Shown: positions 9,187 to 17,854 of the stretch, one piece after another
Numbering within the stretch: the first letter of the stretch is position 1
Layout: each line of letters begins with the position of its first letter
From: a virus
Lineage: Duplodnaviria; Caudoviricetes
Length of the DNA stretch: 64,000 bases
Virus record (IMG/VR): IMGVR_UViG_2863231158_000003
Strand: one strand, 5' to 3'
Notes under the pieces: model-generated
The model's database searches: none
What the model was told of the DNA's origin: nothing
The model's input: the letters and a program-made list of their open reading frames with translations, nothing else
Position numbers and translations under genes: made by a program

Positions 9187-9480
9187 TCAGTAGATGGTGA
9201 GGGTGCCGGTGCGGTGGATGGGGGTTTCGGTGCCGCCCGCGAATTTGATCCACACGCGGTAGTCGCCTTCGGTGAGGGTGGTTTCGCCGCCTTCGGGTCC
9301 GATGAGGATGCGGGCGTGGGGTGCGAGCCATTCGCCGGTGTGCCAGTCGCCGGTGTCGGGGGTGGTGCCGTCGGCGAGGAATGCGAACTCGGGTGGGGCG
9401 CCGAGGTTGAGGCTGGCGCCGCCTGCCTTGGCCACGACGGTGATCTTCACGTATTCGGTGGAGAGGGCGGCTAGATCCAC
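9187..9480 (-). CDS. Small beta-rich protein, module gene C2 (paralog of 10731-11018)
   Basis: LSTEYVKITV...W..GEW...ARILIGP...LTEGDYRVW...E...TGTLTI matches the C1 pattern. Confidence 0.8.
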   Translation of the reverse strand: MDLAALSTEYVKITVVAKAGGASLNLGAPPEFAFLADGTTPDTGDWHTGEWLAPHARILIGPEGGETTLTEGDYRVWIKFAGGTETPIHRTGTLTIY

Positions 9481-10313
9481 GGGCCGGTCACCGTCCATCC
9501 GCTGTGGGGCTCGCTGATGTGGGTGGTGAGGTCGTCGCGGACGGCTGCGTCGGTCTGGGCGCCGAGCCGGGAGCTGGCGGACAGGCTGGCCGTAAGGACG
9601 GCGGCTTGGGTGGCGGACGCGTCGAGGCTGCCGCTGGCGTCGAGGGAGGCGCCGAGGACCGCGGAGGGGGTGAGAGCGGCGGTCTGGGCGCCGTCGGCGG
9701 TGAGGCTGGCGGACATCAGGTAGACCGCTGCACTGCTGGCCGCGGTGTTGAAGTTGTCGAACTCGCTGAAGTTCGTGCTGCCGTTGTTGCGGTAGGAGAG
9801 GAGTTCCACCGCGAGGGCGTTGGTGCCGCTGGTCACCCAGGCGGGGGTGGCTAGGGTCCGGCGGTTGGTCCAGGAGGAGCCGTCCGTCGAGGTGTCCCAC
9901 AGGACGTTTCCACCGGTTTCGCGGATACGGAGCCAGGCGTGCGTCGACGAGTTGTAGGTGAGGGAGACCGCGGAGCCGTCGGTGTAGCCCACGTTGGACT
10001 CGAACCTGATGGTGCCCGCGACAGTGTTGATGTTGATGGAGAGGTAGGTTCCGGCGGTCGCCTGAATGATCTGGAACGCTGTCTGCGCCTCCGTCGAAGC
10101 GCCGTTCGCGGCAGCGGCCACGGGCAGCTGCACGTAGGCACTACTGCCTGCCAACGTCCAGTCCTTGGCGGTCTGGTAGCCGGAGTACTGGCCTGCCACG
10201 CACGGCAACCTGGCCCGGCCACCGGTCTCAGTCGCGCCACCGTAGGAGTTGCCCCACTCCGGGCCGATCACGTTGTCGTTGAACGTGTCGACGAGGGTGC
10301 CGATCAAGGCCAT
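9471..10313 (-). CDS. Short fibre-like protein, module gene B2: lectin-like head, three 20-aa repeats, C-terminal motif
   Basis: Beta-rich head (HAWLRIRETGGNVLWDTSTDGSSW), three xASLxAxx repeats, C-terminus DDLTTHISEPHSGWTVTGPW. Confidence 0.75.
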   Translation of the reverse strand: MALIGTLVDTFNDNVIGPEWGNSYGGATETGGRARLPCVAGQYSGYQTAKDWTLAGSSAYVQLPVAAAANGASTEAQTAFQIIQATAGTYLSININTVAGTIRFESNVGYTDGSAVSLTYNSSTHAWLRIRETGGNVLWDTSTDGSSWTNRRTLATPAWVTSGTNALAVELLSYRNNGSTNFSEFDNFNTAASSAAVYLMSASLTADGAQTAALTPSAVLGASLDASGSLDASATQAAVLTASLSASSRLGAQTDAAVRDDLTTHISEPHSGWTVTGPWI

Positions 10314-10325
10314 CGCTGCCCCCGA

Positions 10326-10709
10326 TCACGCCTGCGCGAAGGCCAAAGCGCCTGCAGGGAAGCGGCATTCGTCGCCGGAAGCGAGAGTCCTGGAGGTAGC
10401 TAGAGGCCCCCACCACCAGCGGATTGGGGTGCCTGCCGAGTCCCAGATCTCGACACCGACGATCGTCCCGGCAGGCATGCCAGTCCAGACGATATCCGCC
10501 GAGTTGGAGGTAGCCCCGGAGGATGCTGCTCCGACGGTGAGGTTCTTGCGGACATAGGATCCGCCGGTCACCTCAGTGCCAGCGGCCGAGTCGGATCCGT
10601 TGGCGGTGACGAGGGCGACCTTCAGCGGCAGCGTGGGCGCAGTGGTGGCCGTGCCCATGAGCCAGTCCAGAGCACGGTTCTCCGCCGTGTTCGAAAGATT
10701 GTCAGCGAT
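10326..10709 (-). CDS. Small virion-associated protein, module gene A2; probable ATC start
   Basis: (I/M)ADNLSNTAENRALDWLMG...EVTGGSYVRK...NSADIVW...EIWDS; AAGGAGG 9 nt before an in-frame ATC. Confidence 0.75.
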   Translation of the reverse strand: MADNLSNTAENRALDWLMGTATTAPTLPLKVALVTANGSDSAAGTEVTGGSYVRKNLTVGAASSGATSNSADIVWTGMPAGTIVGVEIWDSAGTPIRWWWGPLATSRTLASGDECRFPAGALAFAQA

Positions 10710-10730
10710 GGCTACTGCCCTCCTTCCTGG

Positions 10731-11018
10731 TCAGGTGACGCCGAGGTGTCCGGACATGCGGGTGATGTTTTCGGCGCCGGGCGGGTCGACGGACACCCAC
10801 ACGCGGTAGTCGCCGCGGGTGAGGACGAGCGTGCTGCCGGGGCCGATGAGGAGCGTGGCCTCGCCGTCGTCCCAGACCCCGGTCTTCCACTCGCTGGTCG
10901 CGGGGTTGTCCCGATGCGCGACGACGGCGATGCGTACCGGGGCTCCGGTCAGGTCGACGCCCTCGGGTGCGGTGACCGGGACGTGCAGGTACTCGGTGGA
11001 GGAGGCGGGGATCAGCAC
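10731..11018 (-). CDS. Small beta-rich protein, module gene C1
   Basis: SSTEYLHVPV...W..GVW...ATLLIGP...LTRGDYRVW...E...SGHLGV; GTG start overlaps the B1 stop. Confidence 0.8.
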   Translation of the reverse strand: MLIPASSTEYLHVPVTAPEGVDLTGAPVRIAVVAHRDNPATSEWKTGVWDDGEATLLIGPGSTLVLTRGDYRVWVSVDPPGAENITRMSGHLGVT

Positions 11019-14000
11019 GGGGCGCCCACCTCCCAGTCCGCGGCCTCGGGTACTCCCGCCGTGTAGGGCCGGGCTGTCGGCGTACTGGCGGCCCACCGGC
11101 TGTACGGCAGGCCGATGGTGATGTCGACGTCGGTGACGGGGCTGGTCGGCGTCAGGGCCTGCGCCACGTCTATCTCAGTGGCGGTGCCGAGGGTGCGTTG
11201 CCGGATGTGTCCGAGCGGAATGGCCTCGGCGGATTCTGCGGCGACGCCCAGGAGCAGTTGCTTGAGGCGCGCGACGGTGAAGGCCGTCTCGGTTTCGAGC
11301 GCTGCGGTGAGACGTCCGGCCGCGGGCAGGGCACGTGCACTGTCGACTTCGCCCGCGACCCCGAGCTGCCGCGCCTTGCTGTGACCGGGAGACCAAGCTT
11401 CGGCGTTCTCGATCGCGGCCTGCAGCATCAGGGCCTTGAGGCGTCCGAGGCTCCGCGTGGTCTCGGTCTCCGCTGCCACGGAGGCGTGACCGGGTATCGC
11501 CAACTGCTGCGCCCGGTCGGTTTCGGCAGCCGTGCCGAGGGGGGCCGTCTTGCGGGCCGACAGCGGCATTGCCCTCACAGTTGAGACGGCAATGCCGGTC
11601 TGCTTGGCCTTGGCCGTGACAACGGTCCGTGCGTCCTCTGCGGCGGCTGCAGCGGTCACCGCCTGGATCTTGCGGGCGTTCAGGATCCCCGCGGTTTGCT
11701 GGCTCTCCGCGGCGACGGTCCAGGCGGTCTTGCAACCACCGACCGACTCCGCGCTGTCGACCTCGCCGGCCGTGGGCAGCGCCACCTGCTTGGCTCGTCC
11801 CAGCGGTATGGCACTGTCTGATTCGCCTGCGCTGTCGAGGCGGCCGGGCTGCGCGAGTTGCTGCGCTTGGTCGATCTCGTCGGCGAGGTCGAGGGGAGCC
11901 GCCTTGCGGGCCGTGACAGGCTGTACCGTCTCGGCGGACTCTGCAGCCCCCATGGCCTGCGTCTTGGCCGCTGTGAGGGGGTGTGCCGCCTCCTGGGTGG
12001 CCGCCGGGGCCATGACCTGGATCTTGGCCGCCTGGAGGCCTTGTGCGGTCTCCAGGGCGGTGGTGGGCGAGAGTGGGCGGCTGCGCCCCGCCGCATTGGC
12101 CGCCGTATTCTCTGCCGCGGTCCCGAGCGCCCGCGTCCTGGTGCGCCCGATGGTTTGGGCCGTGACAGTCTCAGCGCCCGGGTCGAGCGGACGGGTCTTC
12201 GCCCAGGTGAGAGCCTGCGGCGTGTCGATCTCCTGGGAGGTGTCCAGGAGTTGGGCCTTCGCTTGCCCAAGGGCCTGCGCTGTCTCCCTAGTCGAGGCCG
12301 GCGCGACGAGGTGGGCCTTGATCCCCGCGACTGCGCGGGCCGTGTCGGTCTCACCGGCTGCTGTGAGGGATCCTGCCAATGCCAGCGGAAGGGCCTGTGC
12401 CGTCTCCGCAGCCACGGCCAACGGGAGCGTCCTGCGGGCGCCCAGTGGCTGGGCGGCTTCGTCGACAGATGCAGTGTCGAGCCGCAGCTGCTTGGTCGCC
12501 TGGAGGTCCTGGGCCGCCTCGTCGGCCCCTCCTGCGGCCAGGGCGCGGGCTTCCCCTGCGGTGAGCGAGGCGGCCGTCTCCGTGGCACTGGCCGGCCCGA
12601 GCAGCGCGGTCTTGGCCGCGCCCACCAGCCGTGCCGTGCCGGATTCATCGACGGGTGGGAGCAGGACGTTGCGGGCTCCACCCAGTGGCTGCGCCGTCTC
12701 CGCGGCCGATGCGCTCTCCAGCGCACGGGCCTTGATGTGGGCGAGCGGCCCGCCTTCCTCGGCGTCGACCGCTCCGGCGAGGGTCAACGCCTTGGCGGCG
12801 GTCAGAGGCTGCGCTGTCTCCGTGCCCTGTGCAGGAGGTGGCGTCGTGCGCTTGGCCGCGCTGGCGGGCCGGGCCGTTGCTTCCTCGGCGACTGCGCCGA
12901 GGGTGCGGCTGCGGATCTGTCCCACTGTCTGCGCGGCGTCCTGGACTGTGGCGGCCAGCAGCGGTGTCGTCTTGCCGGCACCCGGCGATACGGCCGCCTC
13001 GACAGAGGCGGCTGCCGCGGGTGCTATCGACTTGACCCGCCCGACGCCGTGCGCATCCTCGATGCTCGTCGCGGCGGCGAGCTGCTGGCGCTTGGCAGGA
13101 CCGAGGGCCTGAGCGACATCGGATGCCGTGGCGGTGGATAGGGCGGCGGTTTTCGCCGACGTGAGGGCCCCGGCGCTGTCGGTGGTTTCGGTGGTGCCGA
13201 GGGTACGCTGCTTGCCTCTGCCGACCAGCTGAACCGCGGCATCAGCGGTGGCAGCACCAAGGGGTGCCGTCTTGCGGCGGCCGACTGGCTGTGAGGCACT
13301 GGTCTCGGCGGCCGCTGTGAGGGCCTGTGTCTTGCCCCGCCCGAGGGCTTGGGCGCTGCCGGTTTCGTCCGCGGCCGTGGGTACAACGGCCTTGGCTCGC
13401 CCGAGGGCCTGCGCCGTGCCGGTCTCGCTGCCGGCGACCAGCGGCGTAGCGGGTGCGGCCAGGGAGCGGGCTGTGTCCGTTTCTGTGACGGCCGCGAGCG
13501 CCGCCGACTTGGCCTGCCCAAGCACTGGACCGGTACAGGTTTCGAGGGCGGGGGCGAGGACGACGGTCTTGCGGCGGCCGAGGGGCTGCGCCGTGCCGGT
13601 CTCGGATCCGGGTGCCGCCGCCCGTGTCTTGGCTTTGGTGAGGGTTTGGGCGGTGGCGGTTTCGGAGGCGATTCCGGCTGTGGCGGTGAGGCCGCCGGGG
13701 CGGAGGGCGATGAGGATGGCCCTGCCGTCGCCGCCGACCGGCATGGTGGTGTCCCAGGTCTGGGATCCGTCCGTCGTGACGATCTTGTATTGGGTGGCGG
13801 CCTGGATGTTGGAGGAGCCGCTGCCGCCGGTGGTGCCAGCGTTGAGCATCGTCGACCAGGACCCGCTGGTGGTGTCCGAGTCGCCGGTGATGTTGTTGGA
13901 GCCGCCGACGGTGCCCTCGAAGCCGTCGACGCCGATCACCAGGTCCCCGGCGACCGGGTTGGCGTTGGTGAGGCTGACGTTGACGTTTCCGGAGACGATC

Positions 14001-15010
14001 GTGGCGGTGGTGGCCGAGCCCCGCAGCGTCGAGGACCCGCCGGTGAACCGGTACACGGTGAGGTTCTTCGCCGCCGCGCTCGAGGACGGCGCGAAACTGA
14101 CCGTTGTACCGGACATCGGGTTCGTGACCGTGCAGTAGAAGATCGCCACAGCGACGGAGCCGGCGCTGGTCTGCGACTGGTTCGCCGCGATCCTCGTCCA
14201 GGTGTTGCCAGCGGCGTCGGAGACTGCGCTGGTGCCGATCGCGTCGGCGCCGCTGATGTCGTCACTGACGCAGGCGGCGATCAGGCAGTCGCCGACGGAC
14301 GCCGTGACGGACGCCGCCGCCGCGGTGCCGCCGGTCTTGTTGCCGGTGCCGAGAGTGCTGGACACATACGACCAGCCGGCCGGGTTCGCGCTCGCGTCCG
14401 GCTTCAACGCGATCGTGTAGTGATTGCAGTTGGTGAGCGTCTGCGTCGCCGTCGTGCTCAGCCCAGTGACGCTGCCCGCGCTCTTGGGCGCCAAGCTGAG
14501 GTAGCCGGCCTGGCCGTTGCCGCTCGCGCCCTGGTCGTCGATTTCCGTCACGGATGTGTCGGTTGTCGAGCAGGTGGGGTTCGTCCCCCCGGAGGAGCGG
14601 GACTGGCGCAGGTAGAGGATCGGGCAGCCGGACGCTGTCGTGGTGATCGGCGGGCCGGTCACCGTCGCCGCGGTCGTCGACGCGCTGATCGCGTGGGCGT
14701 CGATGGGGCTGGTGTTGTCCACCCTGCGGAAGCTGTAGATCGAGACGATCATCAGCGAGAGGACGGTCTGCGTCCAGGAGTAGGACGCGGGCTCGCTGGA
14801 GGCCACCCGGTACCAGGCTCGGCCCTGCCAGCCGGTGGCGTTGGAGTCGATCTGCGTCCAGCCTGCCGGTGGGCTGAAGGTGCCGGAGGCGCCCGTGGTC
14901 CCGTGGGCGATCATGACGTCGCCGTCCACGGTGCCCGCCGGCACGTTCACGGACAGGCTCGTGCCCGTGGCCGCGTTGACGGCTTTGTTGACGTAGAGAG
15001 GCTGGCCCAC
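11012..15010 (-). CDS. Long fibre/adhesin-like protein, module gene B1 (1332 aa)
   Basis: Two Ser/Thr-rich beta domains (about aa 1-440), about 40 degenerate 20-aa repeats (ETxTAQxLGxxK...), C-terminus DVDITIGLPYSRW...WEVGAP. Confidence 0.85.
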   Translation of the reverse strand: MGQPLYVNKAVNAATGTSLSVNVPAGTVDGDVMIAHGTTGASGTFSPPAGWTQIDSNATGWQGRAWYRVASSEPASYSWTQTVLSLMIVSIYSFRRVDNTSPIDAHAISASTTAATVTGPPITTTASGCPILYLRQSRSSGGTNPTCSTTDTSVTEIDDQGASGNGQAGYLSLAPKSAGSVTGLSTTATQTLTNCNHYTIALKPDASANPAGWSYVSSTLGTGNKTGGTAAAASVTASVGDCLIAACVSDDISGADAIGTSAVSDAAGNTWTRIAANQSQTSAGSVAVAIFYCTVTNPMSGTTVSFAPSSSAAAKNLTVYRFTGGSSTLRGSATTATIVSGNVNVSLTNANPVAGDLVIGVDGFEGTVGGSNNITGDSDTTSGSWSTMLNAGTTGGSGSSNIQAATQYKIVTTDGSQTWDTTMPVGGDGRAILIALRPGGLTATAGIASETATAQTLTKAKTRAAAPGSETGTAQPLGRRKTVVLAPALETCTGPVLGQAKSAALAAVTETDTARSLAAPATPLVAGSETGTAQALGRAKAVVPTAADETGSAQALGRGKTQALTAAAETSASQPVGRRKTAPLGAATADAAVQLVGRGKQRTLGTTETTDSAGALTSAKTAALSTATASDVAQALGPAKRQQLAAATSIEDAHGVGRVKSIAPAAAASVEAAVSPGAGKTTPLLAATVQDAAQTVGQIRSRTLGAVAEEATARPASAAKRTTPPPAQGTETAQPLTAAKALTLAGAVDAEEGGPLAHIKARALESASAAETAQPLGGARNVLLPPVDESGTARLVGAAKTALLGPASATETAASLTAGEARALAAGGADEAAQDLQATKQLRLDTASVDEAAQPLGARRTLPLAVAAETAQALPLALAGSLTAAGETDTARAVAGIKAHLVAPASTRETAQALGQAKAQLLDTSQEIDTPQALTWAKTRPLDPGAETVTAQTIGRTRTRALGTAAENTAANAAGRSRPLSPTTALETAQGLQAAKIQVMAPAATQEAAHPLTAAKTQAMGAAESAETVQPVTARKAAPLDLADEIDQAQQLAQPGRLDSAGESDSAIPLGRAKQVALPTAGEVDSAESVGGCKTAWTVAAESQQTAGILNARKIQAVTAAAAAEDARTVVTAKAKQTGIAVSTVRAMPLSARKTAPLGTAAETDRAQQLAIPGHASVAAETETTRSLGRLKALMLQAAIENAEAWSPGHSKARQLGVAGEVDSARALPAAGRLTAALETETAFTVARLKQLLLGVAAESAEAIPLGHIRQRTLGTATEIDVAQALTPTSPVTDVDITIGLPYSRWAASTPTARPYTAGVPEAADWEVGAPC

Positions 15011-15043
15011 GATCGCCCCCTACCGGGAATCCGGCGGCCAGGG

Positions 15044-15493
15044 TCAGGCGGCGGATGTGGCGCGGAAGAAGTCGGAAATGGTTGCTGAGACGTCCGAGCC
15101 GTCGGGGGTGATCGAGAAGTCGTGCAGCGTCAGTGGCACGATGGTCGAGTCGGTGCCCGATGTGGTGTCGGCGTCGTAGCAGATCAGGAGCTTGGAGATC
15201 GCGTTGCCGGTGGCTGCGGTCCAGGTCTGGTCTGCGATGTCGAGGGCGAGGCGGTCGTTGGTGTCGTCGACGGTGACGGTGCACGCGGTGACGGTCTTGC
15301 GGCCCATGGTGGTCTGCTCGTTGGTGGTGCCGGAGAGTACGGCGGCGAGGTCGTCCTTGTCGCGCAGCACGGAGTCGGCTTCGAGGCCGGAGGTTTCGAG
15401 GGGCACGATGATGAGGGCAGCGTTGCCGGTGCCGACCTGCTCTGCATATCGCTTCAGGTAGCCGAGGGCCGTGTTGAAGACGATGTTCGCCAT
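15044..15493 (-). CDS. Small virion-associated protein, module gene A1
   Basis: MANIVFNTA...RKTV...DIADQTW...D; same position as A2 and weakly similar; GGAAG RBS. Confidence 0.75.
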   Translation of the reverse strand: MANIVFNTALGYLKRYAEQVGTGNAALIIVPLETSGLEADSVLRDKDDLAAVLSGTTNEQTTMGRKTVTACTVTVDDTNDRLALDIADQTWTAATGNAISKLLICYDADTTSGTDSTIVPLTLHDFSITPDGSDVSATISDFFRATSAA

Positions 15494-15513
15494 GTTGATC
15501 TTCCTTCCGGGCC

Positions 15514-16341
15514 TCAGCCCCAGGTCCAGCCCTTGACGTAGGCGATGTCCATTTGTGCCGAGCTGTTGACGGCAGCCCGGTCCCCGTTAAGCGCGGCCTC
15601 GTTCTGGATGATCCAGCTCATGGGCCGGTCGGGGACGCTGTTCGTGGAGCGGCCGATCAGCTCGCCGTCGAGGTAGAAACGGACCTCGCCGGGCTTCCAC
15701 TCGATCTGTGAGGTGTGCCAATCGCTCCAGCGCCTGCCGCTGTCGAACGCGGTCTGCCGCGTGCAGTTGGCGGGGTGGACGAAGCCTGCGATGGTCTCCG
15801 ACCACTCAAGTTCAGGGAAATCGATCTCCGAGCAGCCGTCATTCACGACGGGCCAGAGCAAGTGCGCCGACTTGTAGCCGACGGCGACCTTGGAGACGCG
15901 GAAACGTTCCTCGTACCGCCCGTATCGCTGCTCCATAAGCTTCTTCGGCACAACCGCGGCGGAGTGCACGGGCCCGGACGGGCCGCGCCACATGCGGATG
16001 TGCATCTGCCCGCCCGAGATCCACACCGTGGACGCGGGGTCGTACAGGCCACCTACCGGGTAGTCGCGTTGGGTGGCGGTGTCGGGCCAGCCCTTCGGGT
16101 AGGCCCACCAGTTCGCCCGCGCGCTGCCGGTGAGGCCACCGCAGTAGGCGCGCGGAGTGTCGACGTTGTGGCTGCAGTCGCGGAAACGTCCCTTCGCGAC
16201 TGGGGTGTTGAAGGCGTCAACGAACCGCAGCTTCCACGTCGGCCCGGCATCCGCGACGCGGCCGGCATCGGCAGTCGGCGCTGCAACGTGCCAGAGGAGG
16301 AGTGCGGCGAGGATCCCGGCGATGGTGAGTGGACGCCGCAT
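15514..16341 (-). CDS. Secreted glycoside hydrolase family 16 protein
   Basis: Signal peptide MRRPLTIAGILAALLLWHVA; YGRYEER, LLWP, catalytic EIDFPE, WHTSQIEW, VRFYLDG. Confidence 0.85.
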   Translation of the reverse strand: MRRPLTIAGILAALLLWHVAAPTADAGRVADAGPTWKLRFVDAFNTPVAKGRFRDCSHNVDTPRAYCGGLTGSARANWWAYPKGWPDTATQRDYPVGGLYDPASTVWISGGQMHIRMWRGPSGPVHSAAVVPKKLMEQRYGRYEERFRVSKVAVGYKSAHLLWPVVNDGCSEIDFPELEWSETIAGFVHPANCTRQTAFDSGRRWSDWHTSQIEWKPGEVRFYLDGELIGRSTNSVPDRPMSWIIQNEAALNGDRAAVNSSAQMDIAYVKGWTWG

Positions 16342-16655
16342 AGCACACCACCTCTTCCTCGCCGCACGATTCAGGGGTGGTGGTCCGCCGCCCGGACGCC
16401 GGTACCAACTCACGGAGGGTGTAAGCCCTCACACGAGGAGACCTCTCCGGTCTCATCGCCTGGCGGCGGAGATTGAGGGTCCCGTCGCCCGGGGCGGGGG
16501 CCTGCCGGGCGACGGGGGCCAGTACCGCCTGCTGGGGGCGGGCGCTACTGGCCGGGAGGTGTCCGCCCGGACCCCCACGGACCGGGCGGACGGGGTGGGC
16601 CGAGCGCGACGCGCTACGAGGCCCGGCCTGCGCCACGACCACCACGGCGCAGGGG

Positions 16656-16895
16656 CTAAGCGGCGTGCTGCCGCTGGTCTTTGATGGGCGGCGGCGGGGC
16701 GGGGGTGATGAGCTCGCGTGTGTCAGGGTTCCGTTCGGCGGCCGTGGTCTCGTTGAGGTCGTAGCGGGCGTTCTTGCCGTGGCCGTGGACGGTGAGGCGG
16801 CCTTCGGAGGCCCAGCGCCAGATGGTGCCGACGGGCCGTCCGGTCCAGTAGGCGAGGTCTGCGGCGGTGACGAGGGTTGGGGTTTCGGAGGGCAA
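16656..16895 (-). CDS. Small helix-turn-helix DNA-binding protein
   Basis: LVTAADLAYWTGRPVGTIWRWASEGRL; GGAGG RBS before TTG 16895. Confidence 0.7.
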   Translation of the reverse strand: MPSETPTLVTAADLAYWTGRPVGTIWRWASEGRLTVHGHGKNARYDLNETTAAERNPDTRELITPAPPPPIKDQRQHAA

Positions 16896-16971
16896 GTGGT
16901 CACCTCCGGATGCAACGAAGGCCACCCGGGGTGGCGGGTGGCCTCAGCGCGAAGTTCAGCTATCTGAGCAC

Positions 16972-17001
16972 AGAGTGACTTCGGTGAACATATTTTGTCA
17001 A
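16972..17001 (-). promoter_or_regulatory. Sigma70/HrdB-type promoter for the fibre-glycosylation-packaging transcript
   Basis: TTGACA (17001-16996), 18 bp spacer, CACTCT (16977-16972) in an AT-rich intergenic patch. Confidence 0.6.
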
Positions 17002-17013
17002 GTGCTCAAGTAT

Positions 17014-17574
17014 TCATGGTGCTTCCGCGCCCGGGAAGTCCCTGGCTTTGATCTTCGCCATAGTGCCATCGGGGTGGTGGTACACGAGGCCTTCCCATGT
17101 GTGCCCTGCGAGGAAGTTCCCGATCTCGTCGTAGGTGCGGAAGTCCAGACGGGGGTCGACGGTCTCGGCCGTGACGTGTCGGATCAGGGTGTGCCGCTCG
17201 ACACCTTCAGGGTTTCCGTTGATCTTCGGGCCGCAGAGCTCGTAAGTTCCGTGCGGCCAGTGCCGATGTATCTCGGCGGCCTCGGTGTGGAACTTGGCGA
17301 ACGACGACTGCGCTATCGGCTCCCAGCCGACCGTCTTGCCCGTGGTCGTGTCGTGCTCAATCGGCACGTAGTTCGGTGGCGGTGCCTTGCCGCGTTTGAC
17401 CTCACGCCGAGCCCACCAGTCACCGGACTCGTCGAGCAGGACGCAGGTGCCGTCGTATTTGCGGGTCGCGGTGCCGTAGCCTTCCAGAACCCACTCGCAG
17501 CCGGAGGTGACCTCGGGGAGTACGTGGCGGCGGTCGTCGGGGTTGCGGACGAACAGGGTGGGGATCTTCTGCAT
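17014..17574 (-). CDS. Nucleotidyltransferase, RNA ligase-like (DUF5565 type)
   Basis: Motif I ATRKYDGTC, YELCGPKINGNP, EGLVY, AKIK. Confidence 0.7.
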   Translation of the reverse strand: MQKIPTLFVRNPDDRRHVLPEVTSGCEWVLEGYGTATRKYDGTCVLLDESGDWWARREVKRGKAPPPNYVPIEHDTTTGKTVGWEPIAQSSFAKFHTEAAEIHRHWPHGTYELCGPKINGNPEGVERHTLIRHVTAETVDPRLDFRTYDEIGNFLAGHTWEGLVYHHPDGTMAKIKARDFPGAEAP

Positions 17575-17854
17575 GCGGGCCTCCATTGGCGTGGGGGTTC
17601 AGCTTGGCTCGGGTTCCAGGGCAACGTCACGGGATTTTGAGGCCTCGGCATACAGGCTTGCCTTCGCGACACGGGGATGCCAGTGGCTGCGGATGTAGGC
17701 CAGGGCCAGTCCGATGCCGTCTACCGGTGATCGTTGGGTCTTGTCGGCAGCTTCGCTCACGTCTGCCGTCCTTTCCATACGATCCATGCGCCAGCCAATC
17801 CGACGGCGCCGCCAAGCAAGCCGCAAAGGCCGAGGACAAGCCGCAGAGCGTCGT

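Noticed and set aside
11100-13700. Periodic DNA that could be a CRISPR array or tandem repeat
   Set aside because: Periodicity is at the protein level (20 aa) with degenerate codons; no identical repeats with unique spacers and no cas genes.
11532-15088. Long plus-strand ORFs (526, 427, 579 aa) opposite the fibre gene, and similar shadow ORFs across the window
   Set aside because: Antisense or alternate-frame artefacts of high GC content; low-complexity Arg/Pro/Gly sequence with no motifs.
9187-15493. Diversity-generating retroelement or invertible tail-fibre switch
   Set aside because: No reverse transcriptase, invertase, near-identical TR/VR pair or inverted cassette seen; both modules are in the same orientation.
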